A stretch of 64,000 bases of DNA from an uncultured bacterium (GTDB lineage Bacteria; Patescibacteriota; Minisyncoccia; UBA6257; 2-01-FULL-56-20): positions 321,246 through 385,245 of the forward strand of contig OY970382.1 in assembly GCA_963719425.1 (NCBI GenBank), given 5' to 3'. The translations under genes were made by a program, and so were the position numbers. A model generated the notes under the pieces. That model was not told where the DNA came from, did no database searches, and was given only the letters and a program-made list of their open reading frames with translations. Of the stretch, positions 18,809-27,231 are shown piece by piece (positions within the stretch are counted from its first letter, which is position 1; each line of letters starts with the position of its first letter).

Positions 18809-19564
18809 ATGCAAGAAAATCCTGTTCTTGAAGTGGCTGGCCTCAAAAAGTCCTATGACCAAACCGTTGCAGTGAACGGTGTTTCTTTTGTGGTGCGGCC
18901 GAACGAGATTGTGGGGCTTTTGGGACCGAACGGTGCGGGGAAGACGACAACGATCAATATGATCCTTGGCGTTCTACGGCCGGATGGGGGAGCGATCAAA
19001 ATTGAAGGGAAAGATGTCGCTCGCAAGAGGAGCGAGGCGCTCCTGCGCACCAACTTTGCGGCGGTATATGCCCAGCTTCCCGGTAACATGACGGTATTTC
19101 AGAATCTTTATATCTTCGGACTCATCTACGCCGTGCCCGACGTGCGCGCTCGCATTGAAGCCGTGCTACGCGAGTTTGAGCTCGCGCCGTTCCGCGATGT
19201 GAAGTGCGGCGTATTGTCGTCGGGCGAGCAGACAAAGGTGAGTTTAGCCAAGGCGATGCTCAACAACCCGCGCCTTCTTCTTTTGGATGAGCCGACGGCG
19301 TCGCTGGACCCATCTGTCGCGGAAATCGTCCGCCGGAAGATAAAGAAATTTGCCCACGCGGGCATGGCCGGCGTGCTTTGGACATCGCACAACATGCACG
19401 AGGTCGCCGACGTCTGCGATCGCGTACTTTTTCTCTCACACGGCAAAATCCTTCTTGAGGGAGATCCGAAAGTGTTGCCGCGGGAACATCGCAAAAAGGA
19501 TTTGGAAGAACTTTTCATCGCCGTTGCCCGCGAACCGTTGTCGCTTGAAACCGCGCAATCATAA
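18809..19564 (+). CDS. ABC transporter ATP-binding protein
   Basis: Walker A GPNGAGKT, signature LSSGE, Walker B LLLLDEP, SH switch. Confidence 0.95.
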   Translation: MQENPVLEVAGLKKSYDQTVAVNGVSFVVRPNEIVGLLGPNGAGKTTTINMILGVLRPDGGAIKIEGKDVARKRSEALLRTNFAAVYAQLPGNMTVFQNLYIFGLIYAVPDVRARIEAVLREFELAPFRDVKCGVLSSGEQTKVSLAKAMLNNPRLLLLDEPTASLDPSVAEIVRRKIKKFAHAGMAGVLWTSHNMHEVADVCDRVLFLSHGKILLEGDPKVLPREHRKKDLEELFIAVAREPLSLETAQS

Positions 19565-19575
19565 CCACAATTGCT

Positions 19576-20379
19576 ATGAAGACCGTTCGCATCTACGCCA
19601 TATTCCTCCGCCAGATCTATCTCATCCGCAGCAATTTTGTGCGCTTCTTCCGATTGTTCATCTGGATCACCGCGGACATTCTATTGTGGGGATTCGTGAG
19701 CAATTATCTGAACGGAGTCGCGAGCGCGCGGTTTAGCTTTCTCGCGGTCTTTCTCGGCGCGATGCTCTTATGGAACTTTCTCACTCAAGTGATGCAGGGC
19801 GTGACGATGGCATTTTTTGAAGATGTGTATGCCCGCAACTTCCTGAACATTTTCGGCTCACCGCTCCTCATCTCCGAATATATGATTGGCTTCATGCTTA
19901 CGAGCGTTATGACGAGCATTTTCGCGCTTGTAGTGATGCTTCTCCTCGCCGGCGTGTTTTTCGGATTTTCCATTTTTGTTTACGGGATTTTCTTCGTGCC
20001 CTTTTTACTTATCCTTTTTCTCTCCGGCATCGCGCTCGGCATTGTGGGCGTGAGCATCGTCTTGCGGCTTGGTCCTCCCGCCGAATGGTTCGTATGGCCC
20101 ATTCCCGCAATTCTCTCGCCGTTCGTCGGTGTTCTTTACCCGCTTTCCGTCCTCCCGCACTGGATGCAAATTGTCGGGCGATTGTTGCCACCGTCATATG
20201 TCTTTGAAGGGGTACGCGCGATCGTCGCAGGTGGGGGATTTTCTTCCGGCTCATTTCTCGTCGGGCTGCTTCTTTCGTTCTTCTACATTGCGCTCGCCTA
20301 TGGCATTTTTGTCGTCGTATATCGCAAAGCGGTTCGAACAGGCCTCATCGCGCGATACAGTGCGGAGACCCTGACATGA
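19576..20379 (+). CDS. ABC-2 type transporter permease
   Basis: Six TM segments, 'YPLSVLPHWMQ...LPPSYVFEG' ABC-2 motif; adjacent ATPase. Confidence 0.9.
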   Translation: MKTVRIYAIFLRQIYLIRSNFVRFFRLFIWITADILLWGFVSNYLNGVASARFSFLAVFLGAMLLWNFLTQVMQGVTMAFFEDVYARNFLNIFGSPLLISEYMIGFMLTSVMTSIFALVVMLLLAGVFFGFSIFVYGIFFVPFLLILFLSGIALGIVGVSIVLRLGPPAEWFVWPIPAILSPFVGVLYPLSVLPHWMQIVGRLLPPSYVFEGVRAIVAGGGFSSGSFLVGLLLSFFYIALAYGIFVVVYRKAVRTGLIARYSAETLT

Positions 20380-21020
20380 GAAAAATATTCCTCGCCACGC
20401 GGAACGGAGGCAAAGTGCAAAGATTCAAGAAACTTCTGCGGCATGCGGGACTGAATGTCGCGCTCTATACGCCAACGGACTTGGGATTGGAAGATATTGA
20501 AGTAGAAGAAAACGGGAAGGACTTGCGGGAGAACGCCAAAATAAAAGCGCGCGCCTACTTCGGAAAGGTTGGCATGCCGATCTTGGCGAACGATACCGGA
20601 TTTTGGGTGAAGGGCGAGGGCCTTGTGGATGCGCCAAAAAGAAAGGCGCTTGGCGAGGTATGGGGCGTGGCCACCGGCAACGCAACAGAGGAGAAACTGA
20701 CACGCGAAAAAATCGCGAAGACCGTACTGGATTTCTGGCGCGGGATCGCGAGCAAGCATGGCGGCAAAGTGGATGCGGCATGGATTGAGGCGTTCGTACT
20801 GCTTGATCCCGACGGCACCATGCATACCGCGGAATCGCGGAGGGCGGTGGTCCTCACAAATGAGATATTCGGCGAAGCCCATGGGCAGTTGCCGATGCGG
20901 GCACTCTATATTTCCAAGGTGACCGGTAAGCCCGCCGTCCGGCACACAAGAGAAGAGGAGATACTTGAATTGGAACCAATCACTAAGGCGCTACGCCGCG
21001 TGCTTACGAATAGCAGATAA
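20376..21020 (+). CDS. Ham1/RdgB-like non-canonical NTP pyrophosphatase (divergent)
   Basis: 'LATRNGGK', 'EENG..LRENAKIKA', 'ANDTG'; lacks the C-terminal SHR motif. Confidence 0.7.
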   Translation: MRKIFLATRNGGKVQRFKKLLRHAGLNVALYTPTDLGLEDIEVEENGKDLRENAKIKARAYFGKVGMPILANDTGFWVKGEGLVDAPKRKALGEVWGVATGNATEEKLTREKIAKTVLDFWRGIASKHGGKVDAAWIEAFVLLDPDGTMHTAESRRAVVLTNEIFGEAHGQLPMRALYISKVTGKPAVRHTREEEILELEPITKALRRVLTNSR

Positions 21021-21053
21021 ATACGATATAATAAGCCCGCGGTTCGTAAGACC

Positions 21054-22361
21054 GTGCCAACGGATATGACAAAGCGCACTTTTTATTTTGACTACGCCGC
21101 GACGACGCCGCTTGATCCCGCGGTGTTTCGCGCGATGAAGCCGTATTTTGCGGATGATTTTGGCAACCCGTCCAATCTCTACGAGTTCGGACGCAGGGCG
21201 AAGGGGGCGATTGCAACCGCAGCGAAAAAGATCAGCGAACCGCTCGGATGCGCTCCGCAGGAGTTTGTATTCACTGGCTCCGCCACCGAGGCCGACAACC
21301 TAGCGATCGCGGGCGTCGCACGGGCGAACAAAGCTTTCGGGAAAAAAATCATTGTTTCAAATATTGAGCACAAAGCGGTCCTTGCAACCTGCGATGCCCT
21401 GCGCGAGGAAGGATTTGAAATTGAATACTTGCGCGTCGGACGCGACGGTTTGGTAAGGCCGCGCGATTTGGAACGTGCGTTGGACAACAAAACCATTCTG
21501 GTTTCCGTGATGTATGCCAACAACGAAATAGGGACAATCCAGCCGATACGGGAACTCGCGGCGGTGATCAAAAAATTTTGGGCGAGGGCAATGAGAAGCG
21601 CCGGTTCCAAAAACCGCGCCCTGCCGTATTTTCATACCGATGCGAGCCAAGCGGCACAATATTTAGATATCAACGTGGACCGGCTCGGTGTTGACCTCAT
21701 GACCTTGTCTGGCCACAAGCTCTATGGACCGAAAGGGATTGGTGGCCTCTACGTGCGGCGCGGCGTGAAGATACGGCCGGTCATTTACGGCGGCGGGCAA
21801 CAGGGCGAGCGCCGCTCGGGAACGGAAAACGTTCCTGCGATCGTTGGCTTCGGCGAAGCGGTGGCACTTGCGCAGAAACATCGTAGGACAGAATCCGCGC
21901 GGGTGAAAAAATTGCGCGACGCGCTCCAAAATGGCATTTTTAAAAAAATCCCGAAAGTGGTTTTGAACGGCCATCCGACGAAGCGCCTGCCGAACTTTCT
22001 GAACATTTCTATTTTAGATATAGAAGGGGAGGCGTTGCTCCTGTATCTTGACGAACTCGGCATTGCGGTGAACACTGGTTCCGCGTGCAACTCGGAAAGC
22101 TTGGAACCGTCGTATGTTTTGACCGCGCTTGGCATTCCCTACGAATACATCCACGGCAGCGTCCGGTTCACACTGGGGAAGGGGACCACCATGGCCGCCG
22201 TCAACTACGTTTTGAAACATCTGCCACAGATAGTGACAAAACTGCGCAAAATCTCCCCGCTAGACCTAAAAATGGACCGAAAAGAGGCCATGTCGCAGCC
22301 AAAGGCGTTCATCGGCGGCCAAACGCCGCACTTTTTGAGGAAGAAAAAACATGACGGATAA
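21054..22361 (+). CDS. iscS: Cysteine desulfurase (NifS/IscS family; start possibly ATG 21066)
   Basis: 'YFDYAATT', 'GNPS', 'NNEIG', '[10 protein letters not shown]', 'RSGTEN', 'TGSAC'. Confidence 0.93.
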   Translation: MPTDMTKRTFYFDYAATTPLDPAVFRAMKPYFADDFGNPSNLYEFGRRAKGAIATAAKKISEPLGCAPQEFVFTGSATEADNLAIAGVARANKAFGKKIIVSNIEHKAVLATCDALREEGFEIEYLRVGRDGLVRPRDLERALDNKTILVSVMYANNEIGTIQPIRELAAVIKKFWARAMRSAGSKNRALPYFHTDASQAAQYLDINVDRLGVDLMTLSGHKLYGPKGIGGLYVRRGVKIRPVIYGGGQQGERRSGTENVPAIVGFGEAVALAQKHRRTESARVKKLRDALQNGIFKKIPKVVLNGHPTKRLPNFLNISILDIEGEALLLYLDELGIAVNTGSACNSESLEPSYVLTALGIPYEYIHGSVRFTLGKGTTMAAVNYVLKHLPQIVTKLRKISPLDLKMDRKEAMSQPKAFIGGQTPHFLRKKKHDG

Positions 22362-22857
22362 GATCGTTTTTCTTCTCGGCGATATCACTAAGGTCAAGGC
22401 GGATGCCATCGTGAATGCGGCAAATAATTCTCTGTTGGGCGGCGGCGGAGTTGACGGCACCATCCATCGGGCAGCAGGACCGCAATTAGACGAGGAGTGT
22501 AGAAAACTGGGAGGGTGCGCGACGGGCGAGGCGAAGATCACGAAGGCATACCGGCTGCCGGCAAAATATGTGATTCATACCGTTGGCCCGGTCTGGCATG
22601 GCGGCAAAAACAACGAAGAAAAACTTCTCGCCGACTGTTATCGCGCGAGCGTCGCCTTAGCCGCGCAGTATGACCTCCGGTCAATCGCTTTCCCCTCCAT
22701 CTCAACCGGAGCATACGGCTTCCCGCTTGAAAAAGCCGCACCGATAGCGTTGCGAACCGTCGCCGAATTTCTTTCAACCAACAACGAAATCGAAAAAGTG
22801 ATGTTCGTTCTCCATAGCAAAGAAAATTTGGAAACATACGAAAAGCTGGTAAAATGA
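22351..22857 (+). CDS. Macrodomain O-acetyl-ADP-ribose deacetylase (YmdB-like)
   Basis: 'GDIT', '[14 protein letters not shown]', 'VIHTVGP', 'ISTGAYGFP'. Confidence 0.93.
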   Translation: MTDKIVFLLGDITKVKADAIVNAANNSLLGGGGVDGTIHRAAGPQLDEECRKLGGCATGEAKITKAYRLPAKYVIHTVGPVWHGGKNNEEKLLADCYRASVALAAQYDLRSIAFPSISTGAYGFPLEKAAPIALRTVAEFLSTNNEIEKVMFVLHSKENLETYEKLVK

Positions 22858-22879
22858 GGTACACGAAATATTTAATAGA

Positions 22880-23455
22880 ATGAGAAAGATATTTTTAGTT
22901 CGCCACGGACAGGACACGGATAATGCGGCCCATGTTTTGAATGGCAGGCGCGATACGGAACTCACCGAACTGGGACGCAGGCAGGCGAAGGAAGTCGCCG
23001 CAAAGCTCCGCGGCGCCAACATACAAATCATTTATACCTCGCCGCTGAAACGGGCGTACGAGACGGCGCGAATCATCGCCACTGAACTCGGGATTGACGA
23101 GGTGATGGCGGATGAGCATCTTGTGGAAAGAGAATTCGGAATTCTGACCGGCAAACCTTGGTCTGACATACCAAAGTACGCAAAAAAGATTTTTCGGGGC
23201 GATCGGGTTGATTATTTCCTTGACACAGAGGGGGCGGAAGATTTTCCAACGCTACTCGCGCGGGGGGAGAAAATATTGGAAGAGATACGGGAGCGACATC
23301 CGGACGAAAGTGTGCTCATCGTGACCCACAGCGATACCGGCAAAATGATACGGGCGGCATATCATGGCTGGACGTGGGAGGAGGGGATCGCAACGCCGTA
23401 CTTTGCGAACACGGAAGTCCTTGAACTGTCTGGAAAGCACGATATAGTGGAATAA
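22880..23455 (+). CDS. Histidine phosphatase family protein
   Basis: 'LVRHG', 'SPLKRA', 'VTH' motifs. Confidence 0.9.
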   Translation: MRKIFLVRHGQDTDNAAHVLNGRRDTELTELGRRQAKEVAAKLRGANIQIIYTSPLKRAYETARIIATELGIDEVMADEHLVEREFGILTGKPWSDIPKYAKKIFRGDRVDYFLDTEGAEDFPTLLARGEKILEEIRERHPDESVLIVTHSDTGKMIRAAYHGWTWEEGIATPYFANTEVLELSGKHDIVE

Positions 23456-24283
23456 ATGCCTATGAAACAAACAAAATCTAAACCGGACGTGGTGAACCGG
23501 CACACGGGTGGGAGCTGGGCGTATTCAAGCATGGTGAAGAGCCATTTTTTCAATCCTCGCAATTTGTTATGGAAGATGCCGGACGAGGGAAGGTTTGACG
23601 CGGAGGGGCTTGTGGGTTCGCCGGCCTGCGGCGACGTCATGCGCGTGTGGCTGAACATTGACTCAAAAACGGAACGGATCAAGGAATTCAAATGGCGCAC
23701 GTTTGGCTGCGCCTCGGCCATTGCCGCGACCTCAATGCTCTCCGTGATGGTTACGGAAAAAGGTGGAATGAGAATAGAAAAGGCGCTCGCGATAAAGCCG
23801 CAGGACATTATGAAGCGGCTCGGCGGCCTGCCGGATCGGAAAGTGCACTGCTCGGTCCTGGGCGACAAGGCGCTGCGCGCCGCGATCAACGATTGGTTCA
23901 AGAAACGCGGAAAATTTGATAGAATTTTAGTGGAGGGATCGCGCCTCATTGATCCGAACACGAAGGTGACCGAGGCGGATATTGAAGAGGCTGTGCTGGA
24001 AGGCGCCACGACGCTTGCGGCAGTCCAGAAAAGGACAAAGGTCGGCGTAGGTTACAAAGAATGCCTCCCGCAGGTGGAGGAACTTATCCGGTTTTATCGA
24101 GAAAAATATTTTGGACCGGATGGCGCGGGTAGGACGGTCAGCGCAGGCGGCGCGAGCAAGGCCGCGCGTGCAAAGAGAAAACGCAGCACGAATCAGAATG
24201 GAAACCGAAATAAACGCAATCTTGGACAAAGTGCGGCCGTACATCCACATGCACGGCGGCGACGTGCAACTCGCAGGCGTTGA
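23456..24283 (+). CDS. IscU/NifU-N Fe-S scaffold fused to a degenerate BFD-like domain, with basic C-terminal extension
   Basis: 'GSPACGDVM', 'FGCASAIA', 'KVHCS' Cys ligands; BFD-like 'VTEADIEEAVLEGATTL..V..RTKVG'. Confidence 0.85.
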   Translation: MPMKQTKSKPDVVNRHTGGSWAYSSMVKSHFFNPRNLLWKMPDEGRFDAEGLVGSPACGDVMRVWLNIDSKTERIKEFKWRTFGCASAIAATSMLSVMVTEKGGMRIEKALAIKPQDIMKRLGGLPDRKVHCSVLGDKALRAAINDWFKKRGKFDRILVEGSRLIDPNTKVTEADIEEAVLEGATTLAAVQKRTKVGVGYKECLPQVEELIRFYREKYFGPDGAGRTVSAGGASKAARAKRKRSTNQNGNRNKRNLGQSAAVHPHARRRRATRRR

Positions 24284-24425
24284 CGCGGAGGAGGGCGTGG
24301 TCCGGCTCGCCGTGAGCGGCAAGTGCGCGGACTGCCCGTGGATTGAGCTTACCTACCAGAAAATGCTCGGGGACATTTTGAAAAAAGAAGTGGCGGGCGT
24401 GCGCGAAATAATCGTGGAGTCCTAA
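24198..24425 (+). CDS. NifU C-terminal (Nfu) domain protein
   Basis: 'VRPYIHMHGGDV...SGKCADCP' Nfu motif; start at ATG 24198 inside ORF 24111-24425. Confidence 0.85.
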   Translation: METEINAILDKVRPYIHMHGGDVQLAGVDAEEGVVRLAVSGKCADCPWIELTYQKMLGDILKKEVAGVREIIVES

Positions 24426-24481
24426 CAGCAACAGAAGCATAAAATTCACAAACAACAAATTTCAACAAACATAACAAACAT

Positions 24482-24751
24482 ATGGCGAACCAATCGGAAT
24501 ATCAAAGGACAAAAGAGGGGTCAAAAATCGCGAAGATCGTCGTGGATAACGATCTTTGCATCGGCGCGGCGTCGTGCATTGCGGTCGCAGGAACGACGTT
24601 TGAATTGAACGCGGAGAACAAGGCGGTCGTCATCGCGGGGAGCGGCGCGAACGCGGCGGACGACGAGACGCTGATCCTCGCGGCCCAATCCTGTCCCACG
24701 AAAGCGATCCTGCTTTTTGACGCGGCAGGGAACCAGATCTATCCGAAATAG
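24482..24751 (+). CDS. Ferredoxin (single cluster, probably 3Fe-4S)
   Basis: 'CIGAASC' ... 'SCPTKAI'. Confidence 0.9.
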   Translation: MANQSEYQRTKEGSKIAKIVVDNDLCIGAASCIAVAGTTFELNAENKAVVIAGSGANAADDETLILAAQSCPTKAILLFDAAGNQIYPK

Positions 24752-24768
24752 GACCGCGGACGCCGAAA

Positions 24769-26058
24769 ATGGATGCATTTAAATATTTGATCATTGGCGG
24801 CGGCGTCGCGGGCGTGACGGCGGCGGAAACTATCCGCACGTACGACAAAGAAGGCACGATCGGCCTCGTGAACGACGAGCCGTATACGTTGTACTCGCGC
24901 GTGATGCTTTCCAAGCCGGCTTTTTTTCTTGAGAAAATTCCGTTTGACAGCGTTTGGTTGAAAAACAAGAAGTGGTATCAGAAAAATAATGTCACGTTCC
25001 TGGGTGGCAAAAAGGCAGTCGGGCTGGATACCGCCGCAAAAACCGTAACACTGGAGGACGGGCCGGAGGGCGGCCGGAAGATCGGCTACGAAAAACTGCT
25101 CCTTGCGACCGGCGTCTGCGCGCGCCCGTGGGAGGTACAGGGTGCGGAGAAAGACGGCGTCTGCTACTTGCGCACGCTTGAGGATGCCAAAAAGATCATC
25201 GCGGGCATCAAAACCGCGAAAAAGGCGATCACGATCGGCAGTGGGTTTATCAGTTTTGAAATGTCGGACCTTTTACGCATGGCGGGACTCGCGGTCACGG
25301 CAGTTTATCTGGAGGATTATTACTGGCAGCAGACGCTGGACGAAGCGTCCGGGAAAATGATAGAGGTGGCGCTCGCGCGGCTCGGTGTCACGCTCATGCG
25401 AAAATCGGCCGTTCAGGAAGTGATGGGGGACGGCAAGGTAGAGGGCGTGATCCTTAATGATGGGACGAAGCTTGAGTGCCAGATGATCGTCTGCGGCATC
25501 GGTGCCTATTGCGCGATTGACTGGATACGGAAAGCGGGCGTCGCGATGAACCGTGGCATTTTGGCGAACGAATATCTGGAAACAAACGCGCCGGACGTCT
25601 GGGTGGCCGGCGACGTCGCGGAGTTTAAAGATATCATCTCGGACGAGATGGTTCAGGAAGGAAATTGGGTAAATGCGCACGAGCAGGGGAGGATTGCGGC
25701 GGAGAACATGGTGGCGTCGGCCGACGCAAGCGGCGTCGCAGGCGGTGGCGGTGCTACGAAGGAGCGGTTCGCGTTCGTATCGTTTTATACGACGCATGGC
25801 GCGGGCATTACGATCGCCTTCGCGGGCGATGTCCGGCCCCTGCCCAACCGCACAATCGTCAATCGCGGCTCGCCCGAGATCAACGCGTACGCCCGGCTCA
25901 TCCTTGCGGGCAAAAGCATCGTCGGCGCCACCCTCATCAACCGCACGGCCGAGCTCACCACCGTGACCAACCTCATCAAGAACAAAGTGGATGTATCCGG
26001 AAAGTTGACAGAACTCGCCGACCCCAATTTTGATTTGAAAAAGCTATTTCTCACCTAA
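24769..26058 (+). CDS. FAD-dependent pyridine nucleotide-disulfide oxidoreductase (ferredoxin/rubredoxin reductase-like)
   Basis: 'IIGGGVAG', 'LLATG', 'IGSGFI', 'VAGD'. Confidence 0.9.
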   Translation: MDAFKYLIIGGGVAGVTAAETIRTYDKEGTIGLVNDEPYTLYSRVMLSKPAFFLEKIPFDSVWLKNKKWYQKNNVTFLGGKKAVGLDTAAKTVTLEDGPEGGRKIGYEKLLLATGVCARPWEVQGAEKDGVCYLRTLEDAKKIIAGIKTAKKAITIGSGFISFEMSDLLRMAGLAVTAVYLEDYYWQQTLDEASGKMIEVALARLGVTLMRKSAVQEVMGDGKVEGVILNDGTKLECQMIVCGIGAYCAIDWIRKAGVAMNRGILANEYLETNAPDVWVAGDVAEFKDIISDEMVQEGNWVNAHEQGRIAAENMVASADASGVAGGGGATKERFAFVSFYTTHGAGITIAFAGDVRPLPNRTIVNRGSPEINAYARLILAGKSIVGATLINRTAELTTVTNLIKNKVDVSGKLTELADPNFDLKKLFLT

Positions 26059-26063
26059 GGCGG

Positions 26064-26130
26064 TGGAGGTTAGGGGAGTCGAACCCTCGGATCCTGGTGT
26101 CAGCTCAGGATTGGCGACCGCGCAACCCCC
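26064..26130 (-). ncRNA. Minimal tRNA-like / tmRNA-TLD-like RNA with Ala identity elements
   Basis: GGGGGUU/AACCUCC+A acceptor (G3.U70, A73), T-loop UUCGACU, 6-bp AUCCUG/CAGGAU arm; extended -10 TGTTACAAT at 26150-26142. Confidence 0.65.
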
Positions 26131-26214
26131 ACCGCGCAGGCATTGTAACAAGATGACATTAAAGAATTATTAAAAAAGATTTGACAAAATATTCTGACTT
26201 ACTATACTTCATGC

Positions 26215-26284
26215 TAAGGTGTCAGTTCAGGACCGGTCCGCGTTTCGGATTCGCAAAAGGCCCGAGCAATCGGGTTTTTTGTTT
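26215..26284 (+). ncRNA. Candidate ~70-nt small RNA antisense to the tRNA-like RNA
   Basis: TTGACA(26181-26186)-16-TATACT(26203-26208); 26218-26232 repeats 26096-26110 (14/15); intrinsic terminator 26259-26284. Confidence 0.6.
26259..26284 (+). terminator. Rho-independent terminator
   Basis: GGCCCGA-GCAA-TCGGGTT followed by TTTTGTTT. Confidence 0.8.
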
Positions 26285-26314
26285 ATAGGAGTGTAGTAGC
26301 GGACTTTCTGCGTT

Positions 26315-27169
26315 TTATCCCCAGTTCTCGTGCAGAAATTTCATAAGCAGCTCTGAAAGTCGGTTTTTGGATATGAGTTCGGTATTATTCGCTCGGGCAA
26401 GTGCGTACGCCTCAGATGTAAAAACAGTAGATGTCGTTATGACTATAGTTTTATTACAGTTGTAATATCTCATCGCGCCAACTACCTGTTGCACTGCGTC
26501 GTTGCCCACTGACCAATCGCGGTAGCATTTCGCCTGAATAAGTATCCTTTCGCCATTTTTATTGGCAATTAAATCACCTCCCTGATCCCCTGATTGTCCG
26601 ACTGGTTCCACTTTATAGCCCATTGCCTCATATAAGCGGTATAGAAGTCTCTCAAAATCAGATCCGCTCAAAAGGGCATATTTCTGGGGTTCCGTTCTGA
26701 TGCTTTCGCGAGTTAAACTCTCTTCTTTTTGTTGGATATAACTTCTTAAGATAAGAAAAACATCTCTATCCCTCTTTTTTGTTTTTAAGCGAACCCCTTT
26801 TTCGACTAAGTATCTTTCCAGATCGTTAATGCGATTCCAGTCGATTTTGCGATTACGAAATTCCCATCCGTTTATATTCTTCCCTTCAAAACTGAATCGA
26901 TTAATAAAATTTTCAATATAATCTTCTAGGCCCAAGTTTGTTAGAGATTGAAATAACTGCGAAACACGCTTTCTTTCAAGGATCTTCAAGAGCCACTTCA
27001 GCCCCAAGTAGATAAGGAGAACCAGGATTGTATATTCAACAAGAACCCCTGTTTGATTCTGATTTCCTGAAAGGGCATCGGCGACAAAGATAAACAACCA
27101 AACTATTACAATTATTGCGATAATCCGGGCTTTCGAGTAGCCATCATCTTGATAGGTATGCCTTCTCAT
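26315..27169 (-). CDS. Membrane-anchored Mrr-family restriction endonuclease domain protein
   Basis: Two N-terminal TMs; 'DFERLL..LYEAMGY', 'GDQGGDL', 'IQAKCY' Mrr_cat motifs; AT-rich. Confidence 0.88.
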   Translation of the reverse strand: MRRHTYQDDGYSKARIIAIIVIVWLFIFVADALSGNQNQTGVLVEYTILVLLIYLGLKWLLKILERKRVSQLFQSLTNLGLEDYIENFINRFSFEGKNINGWEFRNRKIDWNRINDLERYLVEKGVRLKTKKRDRDVFLILRSYIQQKEESLTRESIRTEPQKYALLSGSDFERLLYRLYEAMGYKVEPVGQSGDQGGDLIANKNGERILIQAKCYRDWSVGNDAVQQVVGAMRYYNCNKTIVITTSTVFTSEAYALARANNTELISKNRLSELLMKFLHENWG

Positions 27170-27231
27170 GCTTATTTTGCTATTGATTAATTATATCAAA
27201 CTAGTCCTTCAGGCTTGCCTCGATATTGCAC

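Noticed and set aside
24426-24481. A/C-rich repetitive leader before the ferredoxin gene
   Set aside because: Consistent with an ordinary unstructured translation-enhancing leader.
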